Assembly: GCA_951406725.2 (NCBI GenBank)
Contig: OX597817.1
Span: forward strand, 171,616,001-171,680,000
Direction: 5' to 3'
Origin: Octopus vulgaris
Lineage: Eukaryota
DNA: 64,000 nt
In this document: positions 1 to 12,050 of the stretch, in pieces
Layout of the letters: each line of letters opens with the position of its first letter
How positions within the stretch are numbered: position 1 is the stretch's first letter
Position numbers and translations under genes: made by a program
Notes under the pieces: model-generated
Seen by the model: the letters and a program-made list of their open reading frames with translations, nothing else
The model's database searches: none
What the model was told of the DNA's origin: nothing

Positions 1-64
1 ATATAGATATATTGATAGATAGATACTAGATACATAGATAGATTTTGATATAGAGATGTATATG

Positions 65-500
65 CATCATCATCATCATAATCATCCTCATCATTTAACG
101 TCCGCTTTCCATGCTAGCATGGGTTGGACGATTTGACTGAGGTCTGGCGAACCAGACTCCAATCTGATCTGGCAGAGTTTCTACAGCTGGATGCCCTTCC
201 TAACGCCAACCACTCCGAGAGTGTAGTGGGTGCTTTTACGTGCCACCGGCATGAGGGCCAGTTTGGTGGTACTGGCAGCAGCCATGCTCAAATGGTTCTT
301 TTTATGTGCCACCTGCACAGGAGCCAGTCCAGCGGCACTGGCAATGACCTCACTCGAATGTTTCACATGCAACCACCACAAGTGCTAGTAAGGCGACGCA
401 GGTAACGATCACGCTCAAATGGTGTGTTTAACATGCCATCGGCACAAGGGCCAGCTTGTTGCCAGAGCAACAATCTCACTCGTATGGTACTCTTGTATAT
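65..500 (-). mobile_element. SINE-like repeat, family D ((GAT)n tail, internal ~60-bp tandem subrepeats)
   Basis: (CAT)n followed by gtttaacgtccgctttccatgctagcatgggttggacg...ctggatgcccttcctaacgccaaccactccg; the same sequence recurs more than 12 times in the window. Confidence 0.85.
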
Positions 501-939
501 ATATTTATATGTGTCTTTGTGTGTGCCCTTATCTTGACATAACATGATGGTTGTATACAAGTGTCACCATTATATATGTGGTGTCGTTCATTGTTAGTGT
601 TCCATGTAAACATGTCCAGCTAAGGGTATATATTACTTTGATTGCAAAAACAAGGGAGGGTTGATGACAGGAAGGGCATCCGGCCATACAAAATCTGTGT
701 AAAAAAAAAATTCTTTCAGAACTATCCTAGCATGAAAAAATGGACATTAAAAGAATAAAAATGATGATAGTGATGATGATGGTGATGGTGGTAGTGGTGA
801 TGATGATGATGATGATGATGAATATAAAAAGAAGTTTGAGGAAATAGGTGCATATGAATGTTACTTAACTGATGAAGCTTAGAAAATGAAAAATGCCAGA
901 TGCTAAGAGTTTATGTAACTTTCTTTCTAATAATCTTAG

Positions 940-1190
940 ACCCAGTTTATTTCAATTGATTGACATTGCCAAGACTGAAATGATACGGATTGTGAATTCC
1001 TACACAGCATGGTTCAAGTACATGTGTAAGAATAAAAATAGAAGCAAAAGTTAGTGACTGGGTGAATGAACAGTTGCCAAATATTGCAACACCTTCAATA
1101 GATTCACAATGCTAAACAACTTTGAAAATGAAAGTAAATTGAGGAAGTTCTTGGTGCATCTTGAGAGAGAGGGTTTTGACTTTAATCATG
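940..1190 (+). other. Candidate spliced exon (unknown transcript)
   Basis: Acceptor ctttctttctaataatcttag at 939, canonical donor ATG|gtaagt at 1190/1191; ATG at 1109 opens MLNNFENESKLRKFLVHLEREGFDFNH with a phase-1 exit; no recognisable homology. Confidence 0.3.
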
Positions 1191-1636
1191 GTAAGTAGGC
1201 ATGGGATGAATGCCAGTCTGATCAGAAGAGTTGTTGAGGAAAATGTTACAAATCAAGGATTTAAAAGGAATTCTGGTCTGACCTTTCCCAAAGTGTAGAA
1301 AGGCAATTGAAATAATGTCAATGTATAAAAGAAACACACACACACGCACACACTTCTCAACAGAGATTATAGTTAACCTTTGCTTTTACTTTATGGATAT
1401 CACTAATCAATTATGCAAAATGAATGTGTAAACACCAGACAGTTGTTGAATATGCTACGATAAGAAACTGTCCCTGGCTTTTGTGTTACATTAATACTTG
1501 CTTTCTATAAAGAGAGATATTTATCTGTTCATAATACAGTATAAAACTGGCTATAAAGATATTGTTCAGACTGGGTTTTAATATGTTTTTCCTTTCTTCT
1601 CTTTATGATTGCAATTTTCCTTTCGTGTGCTTCTAG

Positions 1637-1728
1637 ATGATTGCTGTCTGGGATCTAGTCAACAATTTAAAGACAATGAACTTTTGCTGAGAAGAAAATT
1701 AGACTCCTATTATCCTTTAGCTGGCTGA
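1637..1728 (+). other. Candidate exon, phase-compatible with 940-1190
   Basis: Long polypyrimidine tract ending cttctag at 1636; phase-1 reading (D)DCCLGSSQQFKDNELLLRRKLDSYYPLAG*. Confidence 0.25.
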
Positions 1729-2434
1729 GCTACTTTTGAGGAGTTGTTAGATTAAGATCAGTAATCAAAACAGATTAACTTTAGACAAATGGCTGCAGTA
1801 TAATCTGAAGGAAATTGATGATCAATTCTGCTCTGAAAATTGTTTTCATAGAAACAAATAATAACCCTTAAACTAACATAACAACAACATCCACAACACT
1901 TGCACAAGAACAACCATCTTTAGATAAACTGGGACAACAATAACCACCTGTAATCTAGTTGAGGACACTTATATTAGATCAGGTTTCGATTAGAAATTAC
2001 AATATTTCTTTGTTAATTTGTATCGTTAGCCTATGAACAGCACAATCACCTTTGTTGATAATTTAGGTTTAATTTTAATGAAGGTAATAAAATTGATTAT
2101 TGCCATATGTCTCTATACTTTGTTTCTTCATCTGTTAGAGTTAACTTCATCAACTTTAATCTAATTAGTTCATTAAAATACTTCTTTAGCTAATAATTTG
2201 TTCTATCTGGTACAATCAATCACCACTTTTTTTCTTCCATATTTTTCTCTCATTTTAAACGTGACATTTTTTAAAACTCAGTTCACTTCATTTTTCCCTC
2301 ATCTAAATCAACTTTTAATAATTAGTTCCAACCAATTCTCTCTTAGAACTCTGGATTGTTACAGAGATACGAAAATCACAATGAGAAAAATCTAAGGCAG
2401 TCAAATGTGTTGCTTTAACAATCCTTTTAGTACT

Positions 2435-2658
2435 TTAAATCTTTAGCATTTAAACTGACCATATTAGACCCAAATATTCTATCTGTTTTATGTTCAAACT
2501 TGCCAGATTTGTCTTCTTCAGCTGATCCTATAATGTCATTATGAAAATAAGCTATCACATCATCAAAATCTTGAAGCTATGACATAATGGATTAATCAAA
2601 ACAATGTGAACAAATAAACAATGTATTTGATAGAGTTATTTGAACACTAAAGGGTCAA
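2435..2658. mobile_element. piggyBac-like MITE (degenerate)
   Basis: Ends ttaaatctttagcatt ... aacactaaagggtcaa; interior homologous to 22249-22471 and 47675-47893. Confidence 0.6.
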
Positions 2659-2865
2659 ACAGTATAGAATAATAATAATATATTAATGAATGGAAGACAC
2701 TTTCAAAATAAATTAAAATCTTGTTAAATGAAAGTTTCAAATTAATACTACACACTAGCTAGTGAACAGAGTATATTTATGCGTGTGTGTGTGTGTGAGT
2801 GTCTGTGAAAGGAGAAGGTGGATCACTTAATTATAAACTGTATGCTACTGGCATAATTCAGAAAC

Positions 2866-3100
2866 CATCATCATCATCATCTGACATCTGCTTTCCATGT
2901 TGGCGTGGGTTGGATGGTTTGATTGGAATTGGTAAGCTGGAGAGCGGCACCAGTTTCCAATCTGATTTGGCATGGTTACTACGGCTGGATGCTCTTCCTG
3001 ACACCAACCACTCCACGAGTGTAATGGCTGCTTTTTATGTGCTACCGGCATGGGTGTTAGTTATGTGACACCAGCATCAGTCACAACTACGATTACACCA
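2866..3100 (-). mobile_element. SINE-like family D, degenerate
   Basis: (CAT)n + ctttccatgttggcgtgggttggatgg...ggctggatgctcttcctgacaccaaccactcc. Confidence 0.75.
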
Positions 3101-3147
3101 CAAAGAGATTCAAATGATACATAAAATTATGATAAATATTTTAGATA

Positions 3148-3191
<44 letters not shown>

Positions 3192-3499
3192 AAGTTTTCA
3201 TTCTAATTTTGGTATAAGGTAAGCAATTTTGAGAGGAGGTCAGTTGATTACATCAGCTCCCCAATATTTGACTGGTACTTCATACCATTGCCCTCAAAGG
3301 GATTAAAGGCCAAGTCAGCCATGACAGAATTTGAACTCAGAACATAAAGAGCTGGGAGTGATTTATTTGACTAAAATTCTTCAAGCCGGTGCCCCAGCAT
3401 GGCTACAGTCCAACGATTGAAACATGTGAAAGATAGAAGATATATGGGAGAGGATAAAATAATTTTAAAGACAAAATATATGGATTGTATTATATTCAA

Positions 3500-4830
3500 G
3501 ATAGTGTTGTACTCAAGTAATTATGATTGTTTGAAAATTGTATTTCTTTTTTTAATGGAGTTGTCCTGAAATTTGTATGGATAAGAAATGAAATTGGTAT
3601 AAGAACCAGGAAAAGACATAGGAAGAATTGGCAACAACAAGATTTGCAATTTTTGTTTGCTGAGTCTAGAGAAAGGGGCAGTGACCATATCCTTGCAGGG
3701 TTTTGGGGCTGGTGAATTGATAGTTGAAAACTTCAGTTCAAACAGTTGCAGGAAAACATTTACAGGAAAGACATAAGAAAGGAGGAGATGCCAGAGGGAT
3801 AATGTTCTGAGGAAGAAGGACTGATCCAATCCCACTTCCTTAGAACATTATTCCTATAGAGTGTATCTTAACACTTATGGTTTCTAATGAAGCAAGAAAA
3901 ATGTAATTGTCATTTTCTAAAAGTTTTAATGATTTTATTAAGTCATTTCAAAAGGTACGCACCAGGTACATTTACCATTTTCTTACAACAGTAATTAAAA
4001 AAAAAAAAAAGAAAATTGGATTTATGTTTTGTGTGACTTAACCCCTTAACTAGAGGTTTTTATGAAACAAAATTTCTGTTTTAAAATGATCTAAATTCTG
4101 GTTAATGTGGAGAGAGGGGGTTGGATGCAACATGGGTGATAAGAGGGGGTGAGAAAAGAGGGTCAACAGTGCCTGAATGGTTGAAGCATGAGACCAATTG
4201 GCAATGAGGAACAGAGGCCATTAGAGGAAAGGCTGCTCTGTGGGCCAGAGGCTGGAGTATGTCCATAAGTAATGGCCTAACAATCAGCTAAGTAGCCCAT
4301 ATCTGGATGTGGTCCAGAATGTTTGTGTGTGTGTGTGTGTGTGTGTAGCAGCAGGATGTCAGTATGTGTACTGTCCCAGATTTGGACAATATTCCATTGT
4401 GGGCCTCACTTGAGCCTTCTATAGTAGAGGCTGAAATATTTCCTAACCCTAAAGAAAAGAGCTAGTCTTTGGGATACAGTCCTAGCTATACATAGGATGA
4501 GATTTCCTCAGGAGAGATCCTTAGTGAAAGTGAAGCCCAGCATTTGGAGCAACTCTGAGGGCTCTTGTAGCTGAGTGCCATTCATATTTAGAGGGAGTGC
4601 AGCAGTGTTTTCTTGATATGAATATATGCTTGAATTATTTTGCTATTAAAAGGGAGTAGGTAAGCATAGCCCCAGTTGGAAATCCTCTCAAATGTTCCCA
4701 TAGTCTTCATTTGTGGAATCAATGCAGATTTCGTATCTAAGTTACATGTGGTTGATGCATGTTTAGGGAAAGTTAGGAACGACTGAAGCAGGGCATGTCA
4801 TCTGCACAAGAGTGGATATTACTGAAATGA
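3500..4830 (-). mobile_element. CR1/L2-group LINE 3' fragment (decayed ORF2 C-terminal part), interrupted by an unrelated insert at ~3855-4097
   Basis: Minus-strand translation gives L*KAQVRPTMEYC (~4425-4388; consensus LYKAQVRPxMEYC) and QSFFLRTLSLWHLLLSYVFP (~3823-3764; consensus SFFPRTxxLWNxLPxxVFP). Confidence 0.75.
3855..4097. repeat. ~240-bp interspersed repeat, paralogous to 5648-5877
   Basis: Shared blocks gtcatttcaaaa-gta-gcac-aggtacattta and ttaacc-cttaactag-ggttt-tatga-acaaa-tttctgtt. Confidence 0.7.
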
Positions 4831-4881
4831 GTAGACTGGAGTTATTCAGATATGTATGACACATACATGTGTGTGCATGCT

Positions 4882-4935
<54 letters not shown>

Positions 4936-5647
4936 TACACACAAACATGCACACACACACAAATGCACTTCAGATATGTAATGAAATGAAATCTAGAGAT
5001 AAAAGGTGAAAATTAGGTGATTTGCATCCTAAAAATATTCAGTCTTCAGAAAATTCATCTTTTATAAGGTTATCATTGCTTTAATTCCAAGCATCAGAAA
5101 AAATCTGTAAATGTTCTTAATCTTGATATCGTGCATCAGAAAATTCCAGGTTAAATAGATATGTATGAGGGGAATGTTACAAAGAAATTATTCCATCTCA
5201 CCATCATCATATGTTTCATTACATCAGATGATACTTTTTCACTCTAGAATGTCTTAAAAAGCCTTTTAACACTAATGACCTAAAACCATTAAGCCGTAGA
5301 GCAAGACCATGCTATAATGATCTCTCATACATAATACTATAAAACCTGAAGCTATTAATGCAAAGCTGTTAGCATGTAGGTATTTTCATAGTAGTTGTTT
5401 AATTGCTGTAATTAATCAAAGCTGACTGTTGATAACCTATGCCAATATCTGTACTGGTTAAACGTGTGCTATTTGCTTCATTTATAAATCATTCAAGAGT
5501 TGTTTCCTGAATACTATGCTGAGGAGAGAGCTACAATTTACAGAGATCTAAAATCAAGCAAAATATTATGCCAATTATAAACAAAAGCCGGCTTGATCAG
5601 TATCTGATTAACCTCTAAAATACTCTTTTGTATATGGTCTTTGCGAA

Positions 5648-6025
5648 ATATAGAAGTGCATCTTAACACTGATGAAGCAAAAAAAAAAATACGTCATATT
5701 CTATGCAAAAGATTTACTGTTTGTATAAGGTCATTTCAAAATGTATGCACTAGGTACATTTACGATTTTCCTACAGCAGTAATGCAAAAGAAAGAATGTA
5801 TCTATGTTTACTATGATTTAACCTCTTAACTAGGGGTTTCTATGACACAAACTTTCTGTTCTAACATTATCTAAATTATGAGTTTCCAACAAAATTTCAT
5901 GGCTATTTGTTCTAAATAGCTGCTTAATAAGGAGAAAAATATTTTAATAAATTTTTCATCATGTTGAAAATTAAGTGGAACAAAAGCTGTGTATTTCAAC
6001 AAATATTTAGTAACAAAAGGGTTTA
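5648..6025. mobile_element. Second copy of the 240-bp repeat, running into a TTAA-type MITE-like segment
   Basis: Homology to 3855-4097; the 3' end gtaacaaaagggttta resembles the MITE ends at 44541 and 46557. Confidence 0.55.
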
Positions 6026-7054
6026 TGCTGGAAAGTAACTGAATGACTCCTTTCTTTGAGCTTTGTTTATATATATATATATATATAAACATACGTAAAT
6101 GCAACATAGAGTTAAAGCCAATGTGTTTAAAAAGAGAGTCTTGTATTTAAAGACAACTAAAAAATTAAATTCACTTTTGTCTTCAAGCATTAAAATAGAC
6201 TAAAAATTATCTAAAAAGAAAAAGTCTGTTGACAATACTATCTCTTTGGAAACATCTATTTTGAATGTCTAATGATGTATTTGGGAAAACAGAGAAAAGG
6301 AATTAAGAAGAAATGCTGAGAATGAATAAAATGAAGAGAGGAAAATTCAATTAAGGAAGAAATCACTTCCTATTTCTAAGTCAGCATATGCTTCAGAATA
6401 CTTTGATAAAATGAAAATGATGATTTTTTTTTCCCAATTATTAATTAGAAGTTATGGAGAATTAAAAAGAAAAAACAAAAAAGGAACATGAAATATATAA
6501 AAAAATCTCTTCATTTATACTTTGTTGAAATCATCAAAAATATTTCCAAAATGCAAACAAGATGGAAACCTTGTGTATCATACACATACACACTATATTT
6601 TCGTGAAATGGGAGAAGGGGACAAAATACTATCGTGGCTATGTTTTGAAAAAGTTTTAAGAAACTTAAAATAAATGTAGGATAAAAAAATGTTTTCTGTA
6701 CCGAGGAAAAAAATAAACAGAACAAAAAAAATTAAAAGAAAAAGAACGAAGTGATTTGGATGATTCTTACAACACCTTTCAAATTCAAAAAGACAAAAAC
6801 ATGTTTGCAAATATGCAGTTAAGTATCTTTAGAAAAATAAAATCTTTTTTGAAAATCAATTTAAATTCTTAATGTTTAATTTCAACATATTGTGTAGGGC
6901 ACGTGCTATTCAAGATGTGCTAATATGTGTATGTGTGAGTGTGTGGGAACATATATATAATCATCATCGTCATTCACACACACACACACATATAAACATA
7001 GTCATATGTCTATATAATTTATATGTATATAATATATATGCATGTAAATGTGAG

Positions 7055-7088
<34 letters not shown>

Positions 7089-7146
7089 AGTGTGTGTGTA
7101 CATATATATTATCTTTTGGTATTGATACTGCCTCTGTTGGTAATTC

Positions 7147-7530
7147 TTTTACTCTTTTACTTGTTTCAGTCATTTAACTGCGACCATGCTGGATCACAAC
7201 CTTTAGTAGAATGGATCAACCCCAGAACTCATTCTTTGTAAGCCTAGTCCTTATTCTATCAGTCTCTTCTGCCAAACCACTAAGTTACAGGGACTTAAAC
7301 ACACCAACATCAGTTGTCAAGCTATAGCAGGAGGACAAACACAGACAAACATGTACATATATATATATATGACAGGCTTCTTTCAGTTTCCATCTACCAA
7401 ATCCATTCACATGGCTTTGGTTGGCCTGAGGCTATAGTAGAAGACACTTGCTCAAAGTGCCACTTAATGGGACTGAACTTGGGACCATGTGGTTGATAAG
7501 CAAGCTACTTTCTACAGAAACATTCCTCCT
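7147..7530 (-). mobile_element. tRNA-derived SINE family A
   Basis: Reverse complement of the family A consensus (tail cttttactcttttacttgtttcagtcatt). Confidence 0.85.
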
Positions 7531-7831
7531 ATGTATATATTTTTTTACTGAAAATATATTTTATTCTGATAGCAACCTCGATCTTATGCGTTTGTCTATC
7601 TTTGATATATGTAATATTTTATTAAATGATTTTTACTAGTATTTCATCTGAAGTTCTCATTTACAAAATCAAAATAAATAAACTCGGCACAGTCATGTTT
7701 GTGTGGTGAAGTAGCCCACTTTACAACCATATGGTTTCAGGTTCAGACTCACTGCACAGCACCTTGGGTAAGTGTAGCCCCAGGCCAACCAATGCCTTAT
7801 GAGTGGATTTAGTAGACAGAAACTGTGTGGA

Positions 7832-8059
7832 TGCGAGCTAGCAGAAACTTTAGCATGCCGGGCGAAATGCTTAGCAGTATTTCATCTGCCACTACATTCT
7901 GAATTCAAATTCCACCGAGGTCGACTTTGCCTTTCATCCTTTCCGGGTCGATTAAATAAGTACCAGTTACACACTGGGGTCGATATAATCGACTTAATCC
8001 GTTTGTCTGTCCTTGTTTGTCCCCTCTGTGTGTAGCTCCTTGGGGGCAGTAAAGAAATA
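7832..8059 (+). mobile_element. SINE family E (Nin-domain-like) inserted in a family A head, 14-bp TSD
   Basis: gactttgcctttcatcctttccgggtcgattaaataagtacc central domain; TSD agaaactgtgtgga at 7818-7831 and 8060-8073. Confidence 0.8.
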
Positions 8060-8758
8060 AGAAACTGTGTGGAAGCCCACATTGAATGGATATGAGGGAC
8101 CAGTAAAGTAAAATAGGGACAAAGGGGCAAAAAAAAAAATGTTTGAGAACCACCAGTATAGTGTTGGGAGATAAAAACGATGAATGACTGTGGAAAGAGT
8201 AGAGGAAGCATGGAAGGAAAAACGAAAATGGAGTAAATAGAGAGATGAAGGGGAAAAGAAAAAAAAGAAAGGAAATTAGAGGAAGTAAAGGAAAGCAAAT
8301 GCAAAACGAAAAAGACAAGAAAAACAATGATTACAAAATATTAATTAATTTTCAAACAATGCATGAAAAATATGAAAATCTAGACGCAATAGCTGTTGAA
8401 AATTAAAACAAACATTCTGCTTAAATGAAGTTTGTTTTCAAAGGTTCTTCTGATATAAATTCTCATTCTCTTGCAATATACTGATAAAGATCTAATGAGC
8501 TGATGTATATATGTTGCAGCTATCTTATATATATGATGGTATCACATGCAACAATGGCTATCTTTAACAAATTTTGATCAGCAGGGAAATCAAATTAACT
8601 GCTGAATTCGAAAATGTTGATTTAAAGTAGTAAAATTGGATACAAATAGTCAAAAATAAACACATTTTCATTTCAGTTTACAACAAGGTTTGGATTGATA
8701 GATATTAAATAACATAGTTCTGTTGTTTCTTTTAGTTGAGTTATATATATATATATAC

Positions 8759-8854
<96 letters not shown>

Positions 8855-9511
8855 CACATGATGATTTGCATGTTTATTTTTAAGATGTCCAGACAAATTC
8901 AAATGCAAAATATGCTGGTTGCTGTTGTTTATGTCACAGGAGAACAACTTCTCCTTTTTATGATAACAGTGTGTTCATTGGTACAAGGGATTCTGAGACA
9001 CTGGTGTTTCAACATGTAGTGTCTTATGGTGAAGAGAAAGAATTAATGAGCGATTTTTGTTAAAAAAAAGACAGGGGAGAAAATCCCAAATTCTTAATTA
9101 AATTTAATCTTAAAAAAAGATTGTGGGTAATGCAGTGAGGATTAGACTCAATTTTGACAGTATGATGATAACACTGGACATGTTTTGATGCTATTAGATG
9201 TTGTTATCGACATAGTCTTGTTAAGGTTTCATCAAATTGGGTTACATTTAGGATATATCAAAGTAAACGAGGTTTAGACTGTGTTTCAATCAAACACTAT
9301 TGAACCATTCTTTGCACTATGCCATACAGGACTAAATTTCTATGGGTTTGTTTTCAAAATTTTAAATTATCTCAAGTATGGAAGACAAACATTTGCAAAG
9401 TCTTTAAAATTGTTATTACAATTTCTTCTTTGAAAGAAATACTTATGATGGAATGACAGAGAGATATCTGAAAAGTCACTGAAGCCAATATAGAGTTCAT
9501 TTAGAAACTTC

Positions 9512-9543
<32 letters not shown>

Positions 9544-9548
9544 GTAAT

Positions 9549-9755
9549 GGTACATCACACGTATTGAGAAGAGCATTGTTGATGTGAGAACTGTTGCTGC
9601 TCATGCATTTTAATTTAACTTAAAAAAAAAAAAAATGAACGAACTATTGAGTTTGGTTTAATGGCCTACCAATGTATACTATGAGTTTCTTTGCCCTAGG
9701 AGTCGGGAAGACACTCGGCAAGAAATGGAAGCAAATTTGAAAGAAGAAAAAAAAG
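9549..9755 (+). mobile_element. R4/Dong-like (RLE) non-LTR retrotransposon 3' end in a (TAA)n tract
   Basis: GTSHVLRRALLM* (9549-9587) matches the R4-clade C-terminal GTxHILRxxL motif; 3' UTR-like ccctaggagtcgggaagacactcgg; (AAT)n on both sides. Confidence 0.65.
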
Positions 9756-10047
9756 TAATAATAATAGTAATAATAATAAAAGATTAATGGAAGTAAAACA
9801 AATGCTAAGGATTAATTTAATTAAAACAGAGATTAGAGTTACCAGATAATGTATCTCAACAACGAACAAACAATATCAGATATTAAATCAATACTATATA
9901 ACTTTAGAAGGTGATTTATCATTTTTTTTGTCATTTTGTTAGCATTTTATTGTAACAAACTTTAAAAAATACCTAAATTCTCATTTTTAAAAGCAGATGC
10001 AGACTTTTCAAGTAGTTTTAAAAGAAATATATTTATTATTATTATTA

Positions 10048-10105
<58 letters not shown>

Positions 10106-10757
10106 GTTTGTCGTCTTGAATATGTATTCCAAGGAAAAACTTATGAAGGTATTAAGTTGTGAATAAAATAACTGTTAGGAAAATGCTAAGCTTTTCCTGG
10201 AATTAATGAAATACAAAGACTCAGAGCTTTCAGTATAGACTAATTAAATTTTGATGCATAATTATTTCTCCTTGGCCAAAGAGTATAAAATGAAAGTGAT
10301 TTTCTGAAGCTTAAATGATTGTATTAGACGTAGCAGCAGAAAAATACTCTACTTCAGTGGTATAATAAATACCACAATCAAACACTAGCAAACTACACAA
10401 AAATGTTTTGAAAAAAGAAAGGAACTTGGGATTATAGTAAGTACAAACAAATATTTGTGTGGCATAGATCTGCTTTTACTGAATTAGTAATTTAGTGGCA
10501 TTAGTCCTGAAGAATATATAATTTCAATGAATTATATAATATACTAACAGTAACATCACAGAGAATCATCTAAAGGATATTTTTTTCTTCAAATAGTAAC
10601 ATTAAAGGTGGTTAATAGATAAGGTTAATTTTATGGTACATATATTTTCCCCCCACACCATCTCTCTCTGTCTTTCTCTGTGCCGCTCTCTCTCTCTCTC
10701 TCTCTCTCTCTGTTTCTGTTTTATTTTCGCTATGATTGCGCATTTAAGATTCCTGCT

Positions 10758-10771
10758 GTTGCTATGGTAAC
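10758..10771. promoter_or_regulatory. RFX X-box motif in a candidate promoter
   Basis: GTTGCTATGGTAAC within the near-palindrome ctgttgctatggtaacag, downstream of a (CT)n tract at 10661-10710, in non-repetitive DNA. Confidence 0.5.
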
Positions 10772-10960
10772 AGATACAGATTTATGCAGCTGTTGCAGTT
10801 AGCTGCATCAGGGTAGCCACAAATATGGTAAATGCTGAAAAGGTTTTCTAAAAGCTGTCAAGTTGCATCGTACATATATATTTTCAGATCTGAATTCAAG
10901 CAAAAGAAAACAATTTTTGTGTTGTTTGTTTTGTAAGAAGGAAAGAGGTTTCTGAAGTGG

Positions 10961-11270
10961 ATGGAGATAACAGATCTAGTATGTAAAAAAAAATGTAAAA
11001 GAAAAATACAACTTATATTTAAATCAGGCTTAATTTCTTGCGTATCAGAGAATTATATTTTGAAATAATATTTTCAGACATGTATGATAAGGTCAGTAAC
11101 ATATAAAATTAGGCAAAGTTTTATTGTGTATGGAGATAACAGATCTAGTATGTAATAATAAACTTAGATTTAATTCTTATATAATTTCTGGTATAGTGGG
11201 ATTATTTTTGTCTTGAAATAAAATTTCCATATCTCTTTTAGAAGCCAGCAATAAGTTAAGGTTCTGGAGA
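10961..11270 (+). repeat. Old ~169-bp tandem duplication with a perfectly retained 26-bp start
   Basis: atggagataacagatctagtatgtaa at 10961-10986 and 11130-11155; downstream parts are only loosely similar. Confidence 0.7.
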
Positions 11271-11605
11271 CTCAGCCTTTCCCCAAAATTATGTTCTTAT
11301 GTAATATAGAATGAAATCAATCTTCTTCATTGATGAGGTTGTCACATACTTATGGTTTTGGGTTCAGTTCTACTAAATGACATCTTGGCAAGAGTCTTCT
11401 ACTATAGCCTTGGGGCCAATTAAAGTTTTGTGAGTTGATTTGATAAATGGAATCTGAAAGAAATTTATTGTATACATGCTTATCACCGTGATCACTGTGG
11501 CTGACCAGGCTATCAGATGTTGCTACACATCGCTGGTCACAATGCGCTTCTCATTGTTTTAGCCTTCAAATGACACCACCTACTGGCTAAGTGAACAGGT
11601 CAATA

Positions 11606-12050
11606 TCATCATCATCATCATCATCGTTTAGCATCAGCTCTCCATGCTGGCATGGGTTGGACGGTTCAACTGGGGTCTGGGAAGCCAGAAGGCTGCACCA
11701 AGCCCAGTCTGATCTGGCAATGTTTCTATGGCTGGATGCCCTTCCTAATGCCAACACCTCCGTGAGTGTAGTGGGTGCTTTTATGTGCCAGACAAGGCTG
11801 GCAAATGGTCATGATCGGATGGTGCTTTTTACATGCTACTGGCAAGAGGGCCAGGCGAGGCTGGCAATGGCCACAATTGGATGGTGCTTTTTACGTGCCA
11901 CCGGCACGAGGCCAATCAGGGTGGCGCTGGCAACAGCCACGTTCTCTTACGTACCACCGGCACTGGTATCACAGCTGCAATTTCCATTGATGTTGATCGA
12001 TTTTGATTTTGATTTTGGTTTTCACTTGCCTCAACCGGTCTTCACAAACC
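11606..12050 (-). mobile_element. SINE-like family D within a nested SINE cluster (11330-12350)
   Basis: (CAT)n tail, family D core and subrepeats; flanked by a family A head (11330-11480) and a family B tail fragment (11480-11600). Confidence 0.8.

Noticed and set aside
3855-5877. LTR pair flanking a retroelement
   Set aside because: The LINE continues on both sides of the first copy, so that copy is an insertion; no TG..CA ends, PBS or PPT
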